Part shown: positions 26,093 through 34,319 of the stretch, in pieces | Layout: each line of letters begins with the position of its first letter | Position numbering within the stretch: position 1 is the stretch's first letter | Assembly: GCA_964565625.1 (NCBI GenBank) | Contig: CAZMFX010000001.1 | Location: 3,058 to 58,792, forward strand | Direction of reading: 5' to 3' | Length of the DNA: 55,735 nucleotides | Source of the DNA: an uncultured bacterium | GTDB taxonomy: Bacteria; Deinococcota; Deinococci; Deinococcales; Trueperaceae | Program-made: the position numbers and the translations under genes | The notes under the pieces: generated by a model | Told to the model about the DNA's origin: nothing | Databases searched by the model: none | The model's input: the letters and a program-made list of their open reading frames with translations, nothing else

Positions 26093-26895
26093 GTCAGCGC
26101 CCCGCGGATGCGACCGGAGAGGGCCTCGCTGATGAGAATGATCACGATCATGACGATGAGGATCGCCAGCGAGAAGTCGTAGTCGAACCGCCTGAACGAG
26201 TTCATGAGCGTGCCGCCGATGCCGCCCGCGCCGACGATGCCGACGATGGCGGAAGCGCGGAGGTTGGAGTCGAGCTGGTAGATGGAGAGGCCAACCTGCC
26301 TCGGCAGCACCTGCGGGAAGACCGCGTACGCGAGCACCTTGAAGAAGCCGGCGCCGCTCGCCCTCACGGCCTCGACCTGGCCGGGGTCGATCTCCTCGAT
26401 GGCCTCGGCCATGAGCTTGCCGACGAAGCCGATCGAGTAGATGACGAGGGTGAGTATGCCGGCGAACGGGCCGAAGCCGACCGCCTTGACGAAGATGATG
26501 GCGACGATCACGGGGTGGAAGCTGCGGGCTATCGAGATGATCGCCCTGCCTACGAGGTAGACGGCGCGCGGCACGACGTTGCGAGCCGCCAGTATGCCGA
26601 GGATGAGGCTCAGCACGACCCCCAGAAGCGTGGCGACGAGGGCGATCTGGATGCTCTCGACGAAGCCGTCGATCATGAGGCTGCGGCGTGAGAAGTCGGG
26701 AGGGAACGCGCGGCTGAAGATCTGGATGGCGCGCGGGATCCCTGTCATGATGCGCGCCCAGCTCAGGTCGAGGGACGCGACGGCCCAGACGAGGTACGCG
26801 GCGACGGCTGCGAAGAGCGCGTATCGGGCGAACGGGTTGGCTATCGCGGGCGGCTTGCGCCAGCGCCGGCCACCCTGCGAGGCGACTGAGCTCAT
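26089..26895 (-). CDS. phnE: Phosphonate ABC transporter permease (second copy)
   Basis: Trimmed to ATG 26895, 1 nt after the phnC stop. Paralogous to 25298..26092 and shares the FVGKLMAEAIEEID and GAGGIGG motifs. Confidence 0.9.
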   Translation of the reverse strand: MSSVASQGGRRWRKPPAIANPFARYALFAAVAAYLVWAVASLDLSWARIMTGIPRAIQIFSRAFPPDFSRRSLMIDGFVESIQIALVATLLGVVLSLILGILAARNVVPRAVYLVGRAIISIARSFHPVIVAIIFVKAVGFGPFAGILTLVIYSIGFVGKLMAEAIEEIDPGQVEAVRASGAGFFKVLAYAVFPQVLPRQVGLSIYQLDSNLRASAIVGIVGAGGIGGTLMNSFRRFDYDFSLAILIVMIVIILISEALSGRIRGALT

Positions 26896-26896
26896 C

Positions 26897-27733
26897 TCAC
26901 GCCTCGCCCTCGACGAGCTCGCCCTTGCTCGCCCGGCCTTCCTCCGGCGCGCCGCGCCCCACCGGCGTCCAGTCGTCCTCGTCACCGGTGCCGGCCGTTC
27001 CCTCGTATATCCGGTCGAGGGCTGCCTCGTCGAGGTCGGCGGGTGCGCCGTCGAAGATTATCGTCCCGAACCGCAGGCCGACTATGCGCTGGGCGAACTG
27101 CCGAGCCTGCGAGACGTTGTGGATGTTGAGGAGCACCGGCAGCCCCAGCTCTACGGATATGTCGCCGATAAGCTCGAGGATCTGCACGGACGTCTTGGGA
27201 TCCAGCGAGGCTGTCGGCTCGTCCGCGAGCAGCAGCTTGGGCTCCTGCATCAGCGCCCGCACGACTCCGACCCTCTGCCGCTGCCCGCCAGACAGGGTGT
27301 CGGCGCGCTTGTTGACGTAGTCGTGCAGTCCGACCCTCTCGAGGAGGCGGAACGCCCTGTCGATGTCCTCCTGAGGGTAACGCCGTGAGGCCGCCTGGAA
27401 GAAGCTCACGAAACCGAGCCTTCCGGCGAGCACGTTCTCCATCACGCTCAGGCGGTCTATGAGGTTGAAGTTCTGGAAGATCATGCCTATCGACCGGCGC
27501 ATGTTGCGCAGGGCGACGCCCTGAAGGGCGGTGATCTCGACGCCGTCGAGCGTTATCGAGCCTGAAGTGGGCTCGACGAGGCGGTTGATGCACCGGAGCA
27601 GGGTGCTCTTGCCCGCGCCGGACGAACCGATTATCGCCGTGATGCCGCTGCCTTCTATGTGCAGGTCGAGCTCCTTGAGCACGAGCTCTCCCGACCCGTA
27701 GCGCTTTGAGAGTCTCTCTATATCGAGGATCAT
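26897..27733 (-). CDS. phnC: Phosphonate ABC transporter ATP-binding protein
   Basis: 278 aa. Walker A GSSGAGKSTLLRCINRL, signature LSGGQRQRV, Walker B LLADEPT. Confidence 0.9.
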   Translation of the reverse strand: MILDIERLSKRYGSGELVLKELDLHIEGSGITAIIGSSGAGKSTLLRCINRLVEPTSGSITLDGVEITALQGVALRNMRRSIGMIFQNFNLIDRLSVMENVLAGRLGFVSFFQAASRRYPQEDIDRAFRLLERVGLHDYVNKRADTLSGGQRQRVGVVRALMQEPKLLLADEPTASLDPKTSVQILELIGDISVELGLPVLLNIHNVSQARQFAQRIVGLRFGTIIFDGAPADLDEAALDRIYEGTAGTGDEDDWTPVGRGAPEEGRASKGELVEGEA

Positions 27734-27812
27734 CTGAAGATAGGTCTACCAGACAGAGGGTGGCGGGGCTCGCGCCGCTCGAGTGCGACGACGCGCCCCG
27801 CCATCCGACCGC

Positions 27813-28811
27813 TTACTCCAGGTTCGCGGGCGTGTACGTCACGCCGTTGGTCTCTTGGATCTGGCGGATAATCTCCCAGTCCTTCTGGTAGTCGATGGGC
27901 ACGAACTGGGTGAGACCCTCGAACTCGTCACCCAACGCCGTACCGGTGAAGTCGAAGCTGAAGAACGCCTCCTTGATCTTCTCGACGAGATCGGGATGGA
28001 GGTTGTACGCGTAGTTGTACGAGGTCGTCGGGAACGGGTTGGTCTCGTAGATGATCCGCAGTTCCTCCGGGTCGTAGAGGCCGCGAGCCGCCATGCGCTC
28101 CACGACCTCCGAAGCCACCGGGGCCGCGTCGTAGTCGCCTGCGACGACACCGAGGATCGAGTTGTCGTGGCTGCCCGAGAAGACGATCTCGTAATCCTCG
28201 CCCGGCACCACGCCCAGCCGCGGGAACAGTGCGGACGGCGCCTGATGGCCGGAGTTCGAGGTCGGCGCGGTGTGCGCCACGACCTTGCCTGCTAGGTCGG
28301 TGATCTCCTGGATGTCCGACTCGGCCCTCACGTAGACCTGCAACGTGTACCCGAAGCGCCCGGACTCGTTGCCCATTATCGCGAACGGCACTGCGCCAGC
28401 GAGGTTCACCGCGAACGGGGTGGGGCCCGTCGAGAAGCCGGCGATGTGCAGCCTGCCGGAGCGCATCGCCTCGACCTCGGCGGAGTTCGACTGGACAGCG
28501 AAGAACCTGACGTTCTTGCCTGTCACCTCGGAGAGGTGCTGGATGAACGGGTCCCAGATGTCCTCGTAGATGGCAGGGTCCTCGACGGGCGTGTACGCGA
28601 AGAAGAGCGTGTCGGGGTTCACCCACTGGCTCTCGTCTGTCGGAGCGTCGGCAACGAGGTCGCCGTCGGCGTCGCAGTACATGACGTCGAGGTCGCCGCG
28701 GTTCGCGCACTCCTGGGCCAGCCCGACGGGCAGCAGCGCCAGGAGCAGCGCGGCTAGCAGCGCCGCGGACGCCAGGAATGAGGTGCCCTTGCGGGCGCGT
28801 GAGAAGTACAT
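27813..28811 (-). CDS. phnD: Phosphonate/phosphite ABC transporter substrate-binding protein
   Basis: Trimmed to ATG 28811 (GGGAGGGA SD). Signal peptide, then a PhnD pattern (LFFAYTPVEDP..AEVEAMRSGRLHIAGFSTGP..TSNSGH). Confidence 0.9.
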   Translation of the reverse strand: MYFSRARKGTSFLASAALLAALLLALLPVGLAQECANRGDLDVMYCDADGDLVADAPTDESQWVNPDTLFFAYTPVEDPAIYEDIWDPFIQHLSEVTGKNVRFFAVQSNSAEVEAMRSGRLHIAGFSTGPTPFAVNLAGAVPFAIMGNESGRFGYTLQVYVRAESDIQEITDLAGKVVAHTAPTSNSGHQAPSALFPRLGVVPGEDYEIVFSGSHDNSILGVVAGDYDAAPVASEVVERMAARGLYDPEELRIIYETNPFPTTSYNYAYNLHPDLVEKIKEAFFSFDFTGTALGDEFEGLTQFVPIDYQKDWEIIRQIQETNGVTYTPANLE

Positions 28812-28933
28812 CGTCCCTCCCGTTCCTACCCCTGAGCGGCCTCGCCTGGCCCTTGGGGGGTCTGCGCGTCTGCCACCGCGAGCCGGGGGCCTCAGGGCTC
28901 CCTGTCCAGTGGTGACGTCTTGGGTGTTGCGCA

Positions 28934-28962
28934 ACCGTAGCACCGCCGTTGACGCCTGTCAA
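28934..28962 (-). promoter_or_regulatory. Sigma70-like promoter for the phn operon
   Basis: On the minus strand: TTGACA (28962-28957), a 17-nt spacer, then TACGGT (28939-28934). This would give a ~115-nt leader. The 10-bp palindrome GTTGCGCAAC (28926-28935) sits at the predicted +1. Confidence 0.4.
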
Positions 28963-29003
28963 TTGGGGCGGAACAGATGTAATGCCCTCCAGGACGGCGT
29001 TTC

Positions 29004-29032
29004 TTGACCACGCACACGGGCGGTGCTAATCT
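29004..29032 (+). promoter_or_regulatory. Sigma70-like promoter for the HAD-sorC-glpD operon
   Basis: TTGACC (29004-29009), a 17-nt spacer, then TAATCT (29027-29032), about 75 nt upstream of GTG 29108. Confidence 0.45.
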
Positions 29033-29107
29033 CGCGACACCTGTGCAAAGAAGCCGCACATCCGTAATGGCCTCCGATACGACAGCCTCCAGGGGCTGAC
29101 GAGGCCA

Positions 29108-29932
29108 GTGCTATCCGTCGGCGCCATTGCCTTCGACCTCGACGGCACGGTCTACCTCTCGGACAGGCCGCTGCCCGGCGCCAGCCAGCTCCTCGACGCC
29201 GTTCGCGAGTCCGGCATGCCGTACCTGTTCGCGACCAACAACTCGAGCGTGCCCGCTGCCCGCTACGTCGACCGCCTCAGGTCGATGGGCATAGCTGCGG
29301 GACCCGAGCACGTCATCACCTCCACCCATGCGACAGCAAGCCATCTGCGCGGCACGGGCGTGAGCAGCGCGTACATCGTCGCCACTCCTGACGTGCGTGA
29401 GGAGTTCGCCCAGCACGGCGTTGAGCACGACGCAAGAGACCCGCAGGCCGTCGTCCTCACCTTCGACACCGCCATCGACTACGCCAAGATCGCGGCAGCG
29501 TCCGACCTCCTGCGCACCGGCCTGCCGTACTTCGCGACGCACCCGGACCTCGTGTGCCCGACGCCCAGGGGCCCCATACCGGACTGCGGGGCGTTCATCG
29601 CGATGTTCCGGGCCGCCACGGGACGCGAGCCGACGATCCTCGGGAAGCCGAGCGCTGGCATGGCGGCCGCGATCCGCGAGCGCCTGGCCGAGCAGGCAGC
29701 CGCTCGCGGCCAGGAGTCGCCAGAGCGCGTCGCGTTCGTCGGAGATCGTCTCTACACGGACGTGCGCATGGCGAACGAGAACGACTTCCTCGCGGTGCTG
29801 ACGCTGACCGGCGAGACCAGCCTCGCGGAGGTGGCAGCGAGCGGCTACTCAGTCGACCTGGTGGTCGAGGACCTGCGCGCGCTCGCAGCGCACCTCGGGA
29901 TGGCGACAGGGCCGGAGCCGGCGCGCGGGTGA
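29108..29932 (+). CDS. HAD-IIA (NagD-like) sugar/glycerol-phosphate phosphatase family hydrolase
   Basis: 274 aa. Motif I AFDLDGTVY, then LFATNNSS, GKP, and motif IV FVGDRLYTDV. Confidence 0.85.
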   Translation: MLSVGAIAFDLDGTVYLSDRPLPGASQLLDAVRESGMPYLFATNNSSVPAARYVDRLRSMGIAAGPEHVITSTHATASHLRGTGVSSAYIVATPDVREEFAQHGVEHDARDPQAVVLTFDTAIDYAKIAAASDLLRTGLPYFATHPDLVCPTPRGPIPDCGAFIAMFRAATGREPTILGKPSAGMAAAIRERLAEQAAARGQESPERVAFVGDRLYTDVRMANENDFLAVLTLTGETSLAEVAASGYSVDLVVEDLRALAAHLGMATGPEPARG

Positions 29933-30900
29933 CGACACCGGAGACCCTCCACGACCCTGCGTTCGACGACGCGCTCAAGGTGGCCCGGATGTACTACCAC
30001 CTGGGCCACACGACCACAGAGATCGCAAGGCAACTCGGGGTAGCGAGGCCGACGGTGTCACGGCTGCTGGGCTGGGCGCGCTCCCACGGGCTCGTCGAGT
30101 TCAAGGTCCTCGACCATCGCGAGAGGCAGCTGGAGCTCGAGACGCGGCTCGAGGAGGAGTTCGGAGTGGACGACGTGAAGGTCGTCCCAGTTCACCCTGA
30201 CACGGACACCGCGGCCCGCCAACACGCCGTCGCGTCGTTCACGGCCCACTACCTGAACAGCCTCATGGAGCCGGGCACGACCCTGACGCTAGCCTGGGGA
30301 GCGACCGTCTCGCTTCTCGCTGACAGGCTCATACCCAAGCCGCTCGAGGACGCCCGCGTCGTCCAGATGAACGGTTCCGGCAACAGCGGGCTCGGCATCA
30401 CCTACGCCGCCGACATCGTCGCGGCGTTCGCGGCCAACTACGCTGCCCGTGCCTACCTCCTGCCGATACCGGCCTACTTCGACGATCCGGACACGAAGGC
30501 CGCCATGTTCAGGGAGCGGGCGATAGCCCGCCCGCGTGCCCTCGCGGCGAACGCCGACGTCGCACTGTTCAGCATTGGCGTGCCGGACGCCGACAGCTAC
30601 GTCTACCGGGCTGGCTACGTCGAGCGCCAGGAGCTGGACAGCCTGCAGGCGCAGGGCGTCGTCGGAGACATAGCGACCGTCTTCTTCCGCGCAGACGGCT
30701 CGTACGGCGACATCGCGATGAACGGTCGCTCGAGCGGGCCAGACCTCGGGTCACTCGCGGGGCACAGGCACTCCGTCTGCGTCGTGGCGGGCGAGAACAA
30801 GATCCCAGGGGTCGTCGGAGCCCTGCGTGGCGGTTTCCTCAACACGCTCGTCATAGACAGCCCAACGGGCGAGGCGCTTCTGAAGCGGGGCGCGCGCTGA
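29929..30900 (+). CDS. SorC/DeoR(Bsu)-family sugar-binding transcriptional regulator
   Basis: ORF 29554..30900 trimmed to GTG 29929 (GTGA overlap with the HAD stop). HTH: LKVARMYYHLGHTTTEIARQLGVARPTVSRLLGWARSHGLVEF. Followed by a SorC sugar-binding domain. Confidence 0.85.
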   Translation: MTTPETLHDPAFDDALKVARMYYHLGHTTTEIARQLGVARPTVSRLLGWARSHGLVEFKVLDHRERQLELETRLEEEFGVDDVKVVPVHPDTDTAARQHAVASFTAHYLNSLMEPGTTLTLAWGATVSLLADRLIPKPLEDARVVQMNGSGNSGLGITYAADIVAAFAANYAARAYLLPIPAYFDDPDTKAAMFRERAIARPRALAANADVALFSIGVPDADSYVYRAGYVERQELDSLQAQGVVGDIATVFFRADGSYGDIAMNGRSSGPDLGSLAGHRHSVCVVAGENKIPGVVGALRGGFLNTLVIDSPTGEALLKRGAR

Positions 30901-32507
30901 TGGCGCAGGCAGGCGCCGGCAGGGCACAGGCGCTGCGCAGGCTCGCGGATGAGCGCTTCGACGTGCTGGTGATCGGTGGCGGCGCCACCGGGACCGGGAC
31001 GGCCCTCGACGCCGCCAGCCGCGGGCTCAAGGTGGCGCTCGTCGAGCGCGCCGACCTCTCCGAGGGGACCAGCAGCCGCAGCACCAAGCTCGTGCACGGC
31101 GGCGTGCGCTACCTGGAGCAGGCCGTCAGGCACGCCGACAGGTCCCAGTTCAGCCTCGTGAGGGAGGCGCTGCGCGAGCGGGCGGTGCTGCTGCGCAACG
31201 CCCCGCACCTCGCCAGGGCCCTCCCGCTGCTAACGCCCATATACGGCGCACTCGAGCTGCCCTACTACTACACCGGCCTGAAGCTATACGACATGCTGGC
31301 GGGCAAGGCGAACCTGGCGCCCAGCAGGCTCGTTGGCAAGGCCGAGGCGGAGCGGCGCTTCCCCATGCTCAGGCACGAGGGCCTGAGGGGGGCCGTCGAG
31401 TACCACGACGGTCAGTTCGACGACGCCAGGATGAACGTTGCGCTGGCCCTTACCGCCACAGAGCACGGGGCCGTGATAGCCAACCACGTCGAGGTGACGG
31501 GCCTCGTGAAGAGGTCCGGGCGGGTGTCGGGAGCGGTGGTGACGGACCGCCTCGACGCAGACGCCACGCCCGTAGAGGTGGCGGCAAGGGTCGTCGTCAA
31601 CGCCACAGGCCCGTTCGCAGACTCCGTCAGGCGCATGGACGACCCGGAGGCGCCGCAGATGCTGAAGACGAGCTCCGGCGTGCACGTCGTCCTGCCGCAG
31701 CGTTTCAGCCCGCCGGACACGGGGCTGCTGATACCCAAGACGGAGGACGGTCGGGTCCTGTTCCTGTTGCCGTGGCTCGGGCACACTCTCGTGGGCACGA
31801 CGGACAACCCGGCACCGGTCGAGGCCCACCCGGAGGCGGCCGGGGAGGACGTCGAGTACATCCTCAGGCACGTGCGCCAGTACTTCGACCTGCCCGTAGC
31901 GACGCAGGACGTGATGTCCGCGTGGAGCGGCCTAAGGCCGCTGGTGGAGGCGGAGCACGGCAACGGCCACAAGACGACTGCAAGGCTCTCGCGAGACCAC
32001 GTGATCGTCGTCTCGGCCTCCGGCCTCGTCACCGCGACAGGCGGCAAGTGGACGACGTACAGGAGCATGGCGGAAGACGCGGTCGAGGCCGCGATAGCGG
32101 CTGGCGGCCTCGAGCCCAGCGGTGAGAGCGTGACGCGCGACATGCCGCTCGTCGGGGGCGAGAGGTTCGACCCCGGCGGGGACGTGAGGTTGGCGCGGGA
32201 CCACGGTCTGCCGCCTGACGTCGCCAGGCACCTGAACATGGCGTACGGCGACCGCGCCGACAGGGTGGCGGAGCTGGCGCAGGACGGCCTCGGCGCCAGG
32301 CTGGCCGCCGGCCACCCGTACCTCGAGGCGGAGGTCGTCTACGCCCGCGACGCGGAGCTCGCGTGCACGGCAGACGACGTGCTGGCGCGGCGCCTGCGGC
32401 TCTCGTTCCTCGACAGCGCGGCAGCCGAAGCCGTCAGGGCGCGGGTCGAAGAGTTGCTGGATCACGGGCAGCAGACCGAGGCCCGTACGCGGTTCATCCA
32501 GGGCTAG
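30900..32507 (+). CDS. glpD: FAD-dependent glycerol-3-phosphate dehydrogenase
   Basis: 535 aa. FDVLVIGGGATGTGTALDAASRGLKVALVERADLSEGTSSRSTKLVHGGVRYLEQ is the GlpD signature. The ATG overlaps the upstream stop. Confidence 0.9.
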   Translation: MAQAGAGRAQALRRLADERFDVLVIGGGATGTGTALDAASRGLKVALVERADLSEGTSSRSTKLVHGGVRYLEQAVRHADRSQFSLVREALRERAVLLRNAPHLARALPLLTPIYGALELPYYYTGLKLYDMLAGKANLAPSRLVGKAEAERRFPMLRHEGLRGAVEYHDGQFDDARMNVALALTATEHGAVIANHVEVTGLVKRSGRVSGAVVTDRLDADATPVEVAARVVVNATGPFADSVRRMDDPEAPQMLKTSSGVHVVLPQRFSPPDTGLLIPKTEDGRVLFLLPWLGHTLVGTTDNPAPVEAHPEAAGEDVEYILRHVRQYFDLPVATQDVMSAWSGLRPLVEAEHGNGHKTTARLSRDHVIVVSASGLVTATGGKWTTYRSMAEDAVEAAIAAGGLEPSGESVTRDMPLVGGERFDPGGDVRLARDHGLPPDVARHLNMAYGDRADRVAELAQDGLGARLAAGHPYLEAEVVYARDAELACTADDVLARRLRLSFLDSAAAEAVRARVEELLDHGQQTEARTRFIQG

Positions 32508-32569
32508 GCAAGGGAACGCCGGGAGGACCGCTCGTCGGCATGGCCCATGCTTCGGCACCGAAGTAGAAC

Positions 32570-32593
32570 GCCCGGCGCCTGTCGGCGCCGGGC
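32570..32593. terminator. Bidirectional GC hairpin between convergent glpD and the Gly-rich protein gene
   Basis: GCCCGGCGCC-TGTC-GGCGCCGGGC: a perfect 10-bp stem with a tetraloop. Confidence 0.55.
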
Positions 32594-32618
32594 CCCGAGA
32601 ACGTTAGCGAACGTCGGT

Positions 32619-32915
32619 TCAGACGACCGTCTTCTTCCTTCCGCCCGCTGTTAGAGCGCCGACGATCGCGGCCAGGATGCCACCGCCGGCGCCGCCTCCG
32701 ACGATCGAGGTGAGAAGCGACATGACGTCGAACGACCCGCCGCCCGCGCCCAGCCCGAGCAGCTGCAGCAGTTGGGCGAGGCCGACGCCGCCCGCGGCTC
32801 CGGCGATCGTGTTACCGGTACCGCCGAGGCCGCTGCCCTGCCCGCGGCCGCCCACGAGGTTCCCGCCTATCGCGCCGGCTACTAGCTGTATGACGATCGG
32901 AAGCCAAGTGTCCAT
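32619..32915 (-). CDS. Hypothetical Gly-rich small membrane protein
   Basis: Trimmed to ATG 32915 (GAGAGG upstream). 98 aa: MDTWLPIVIQLVAGAIGGNLVGGRGQGSGLGGTGNTIAGAAGGVGLAQLLQLLGLGAGGG..GGGILAAIVGALTAGGRKK. Confidence 0.6.
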   Translation of the reverse strand: MDTWLPIVIQLVAGAIGGNLVGGRGQGSGLGGTGNTIAGAAGGVGLAQLLQLLGLGAGGGSFDVMSLLTSIVGGGAGGGILAAIVGALTAGGRKKTVV

Positions 32916-33103
32916 GTCCCAACCTCTCTGGCCCGGCCGTCGGCCGAGCGCGTGCGGGGTGGTCGCCTGCCTTCCGTCTCCCACGACGCCAGCCCGCTGA
33001 CGAGCCACCGCATGGGGACCGTTGATACTGCGCGACGTTGCGAGGTGGCAAGGGAGATTGTACTCGAAACGTGAGAGTTAGATGTGAAGATGGCCGCAAG
33101 GAA

Positions 33104-33131
33104 GCGCCCGGTGCTCGAGTGCACCGGGCGC
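33104..33131 (-). terminator. Strong hairpin ending the pyrimidine/ABC operon
   Basis: GCGCCCGGTGC-TCGAGT-GCACCGGGCGC is an 11-bp stem about 30 nt after SBP stop 33162. Confidence 0.5.
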
Positions 33132-33161
33132 CACTGACTTACTACACGTCGGACCCCGGGT

Positions 33162-34220
33162 CTAATCTCCCGAGATCGCCTCGAAGATGCTCGTGTCTAC
33201 AGCGTCGTCGAACGCCACCGGCTCGGCCAGCAGCCCGACCTCGACGAGGAGATCGACCGACCGCTCGAACGCCTCCTGGTTCAGCGCGCCTATCACCGTG
33301 TCGGGGGTGGGCTTCACCAGCTTCGCGGTCTCTGCCAGCTGCCACGTCTGGTGGATCAGCGGGCTCTGCGTGGAGCCGGAGCCCGAGCACGTGTCGCCGC
33401 AGAAGCCGAGAACGATCTGCACCGCCTCCTCCTGGTTGGCGATCGCGTACTCCCAGCCACGGATCGAGGCGCGCACGAAGCGTTCAGCCACCTCGCGGCC
33501 CGAGAGACCCGAGCCCTTGAAGTTCTCGCTGGCCAGCACATCGGGCCGCGTGAAGATGTTGTCCTCAAGCAGGTCGGCGCCGATGTCTGCGGGATCGAGG
33601 ATCACGAGCTGGTCGAGCGGGTAGCCGAGCCCCACGATCTGATCGAGCTCGTTGTATGTCATGGCGCTCGCAGCGTCGACCTCGTGCGGGAACACCAGTG
33701 ACGGGTCGAAGGCGTACACGACGGCGTTCACGTCCGGGTTCGTCTCCGTGGGATCGAGGTTGGACGTGAACCCTGCGGCCGCGAACACGGCCTCGGCAGC
33801 GAACTCGTTGCCGAAGCCCCAGACGCCGACGGTCGTGCCCGCGAGGTCGGCGATCTCCTCTATGCCGGAGTCAGCCAGCGCGACCATGCGGTAGCCGGAG
33901 TCCTGGAACATCTGGGCGATCGTGACGACGTCGAGGCCCTGCTCGCGCTGTGCGAGCATGTTGGCGACCCAGTCGGTTCCGAAGTCGGCGTTGCCGGATC
34001 CCACCTGCACCGTGGGGTTGACGTTGCCGCCGTCGAGGATCGTCACGTCCAGGCCTTCCTCGGCGTAGAACCCCTTGTCCTGGGCGACGAAGTAGCCCGC
34101 GAACTGCGCCTGCGGGAACCACTTCGACTGGAAGTTGATGGGTATGAGCTCCTGAGCGAACGCGCTCCCGCCCGCGAAGAGCATCACCACTGCCAATGCC
34201 GTACCTAGTCGACGCAGCAT
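33162..34220 (-). CDS. NMT1/THI5(ThiY)-like ABC transporter substrate-binding protein (NitT/TauT family)
   Basis: Trimmed to ATG 34220 (GGAGG SD). Signal peptide MLRRLGTALAVVMLFAGGSAFAQ, then LIPINFQSKWFPQAQFAGYFVAQDKGFYAEEGLDVTILDGG (NMT1-like pattern). Confidence 0.85.
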   Translation of the reverse strand: MLRRLGTALAVVMLFAGGSAFAQELIPINFQSKWFPQAQFAGYFVAQDKGFYAEEGLDVTILDGGNVNPTVQVGSGNADFGTDWVANMLAQREQGLDVVTIAQMFQDSGYRMVALADSGIEEIADLAGTTVGVWGFGNEFAAEAVFAAAGFTSNLDPTETNPDVNAVVYAFDPSLVFPHEVDAASAMTYNELDQIVGLGYPLDQLVILDPADIGADLLEDNIFTRPDVLASENFKGSGLSGREVAERFVRASIRGWEYAIANQEEAVQIVLGFCGDTCSGSGSTQSPLIHQTWQLAETAKLVKPTPDTVIGALNQEAFERSVDLLVEVGLLAEPVAFDDAVDTSIFEAISGD

Positions 34221-34319
34221 CCACTTACCTCCTCGTTGTGATCTAGGTCGCCATTCTGCCATGCGCGACGGTCCCGACCCTTCATCTCGGCCATAAGAAG
34301 CCTCCTCCTGCTCGCTCAC

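Noticed and set aside
28950-28975. A Pho-box-like half-site CTGTCA in the phn/HAD intergenic region.
   Set aside because: It is only one half-site, with no correctly spaced second repeat. It also coincides with the -35 TTGACA of the phn promoter on the opposite strand.
29554-29928. An N-terminal extension of the SorC regulator ORF (29554..30900), plus other overlapping ORFs inside the HAD gene.
   Set aside because: The extension is Arg/Gly/Pro-rich and lies inside the well-supported HAD-IIA gene. GTG 29929 gives the canonical SorC HTH N-terminus and a GTGA overlap.
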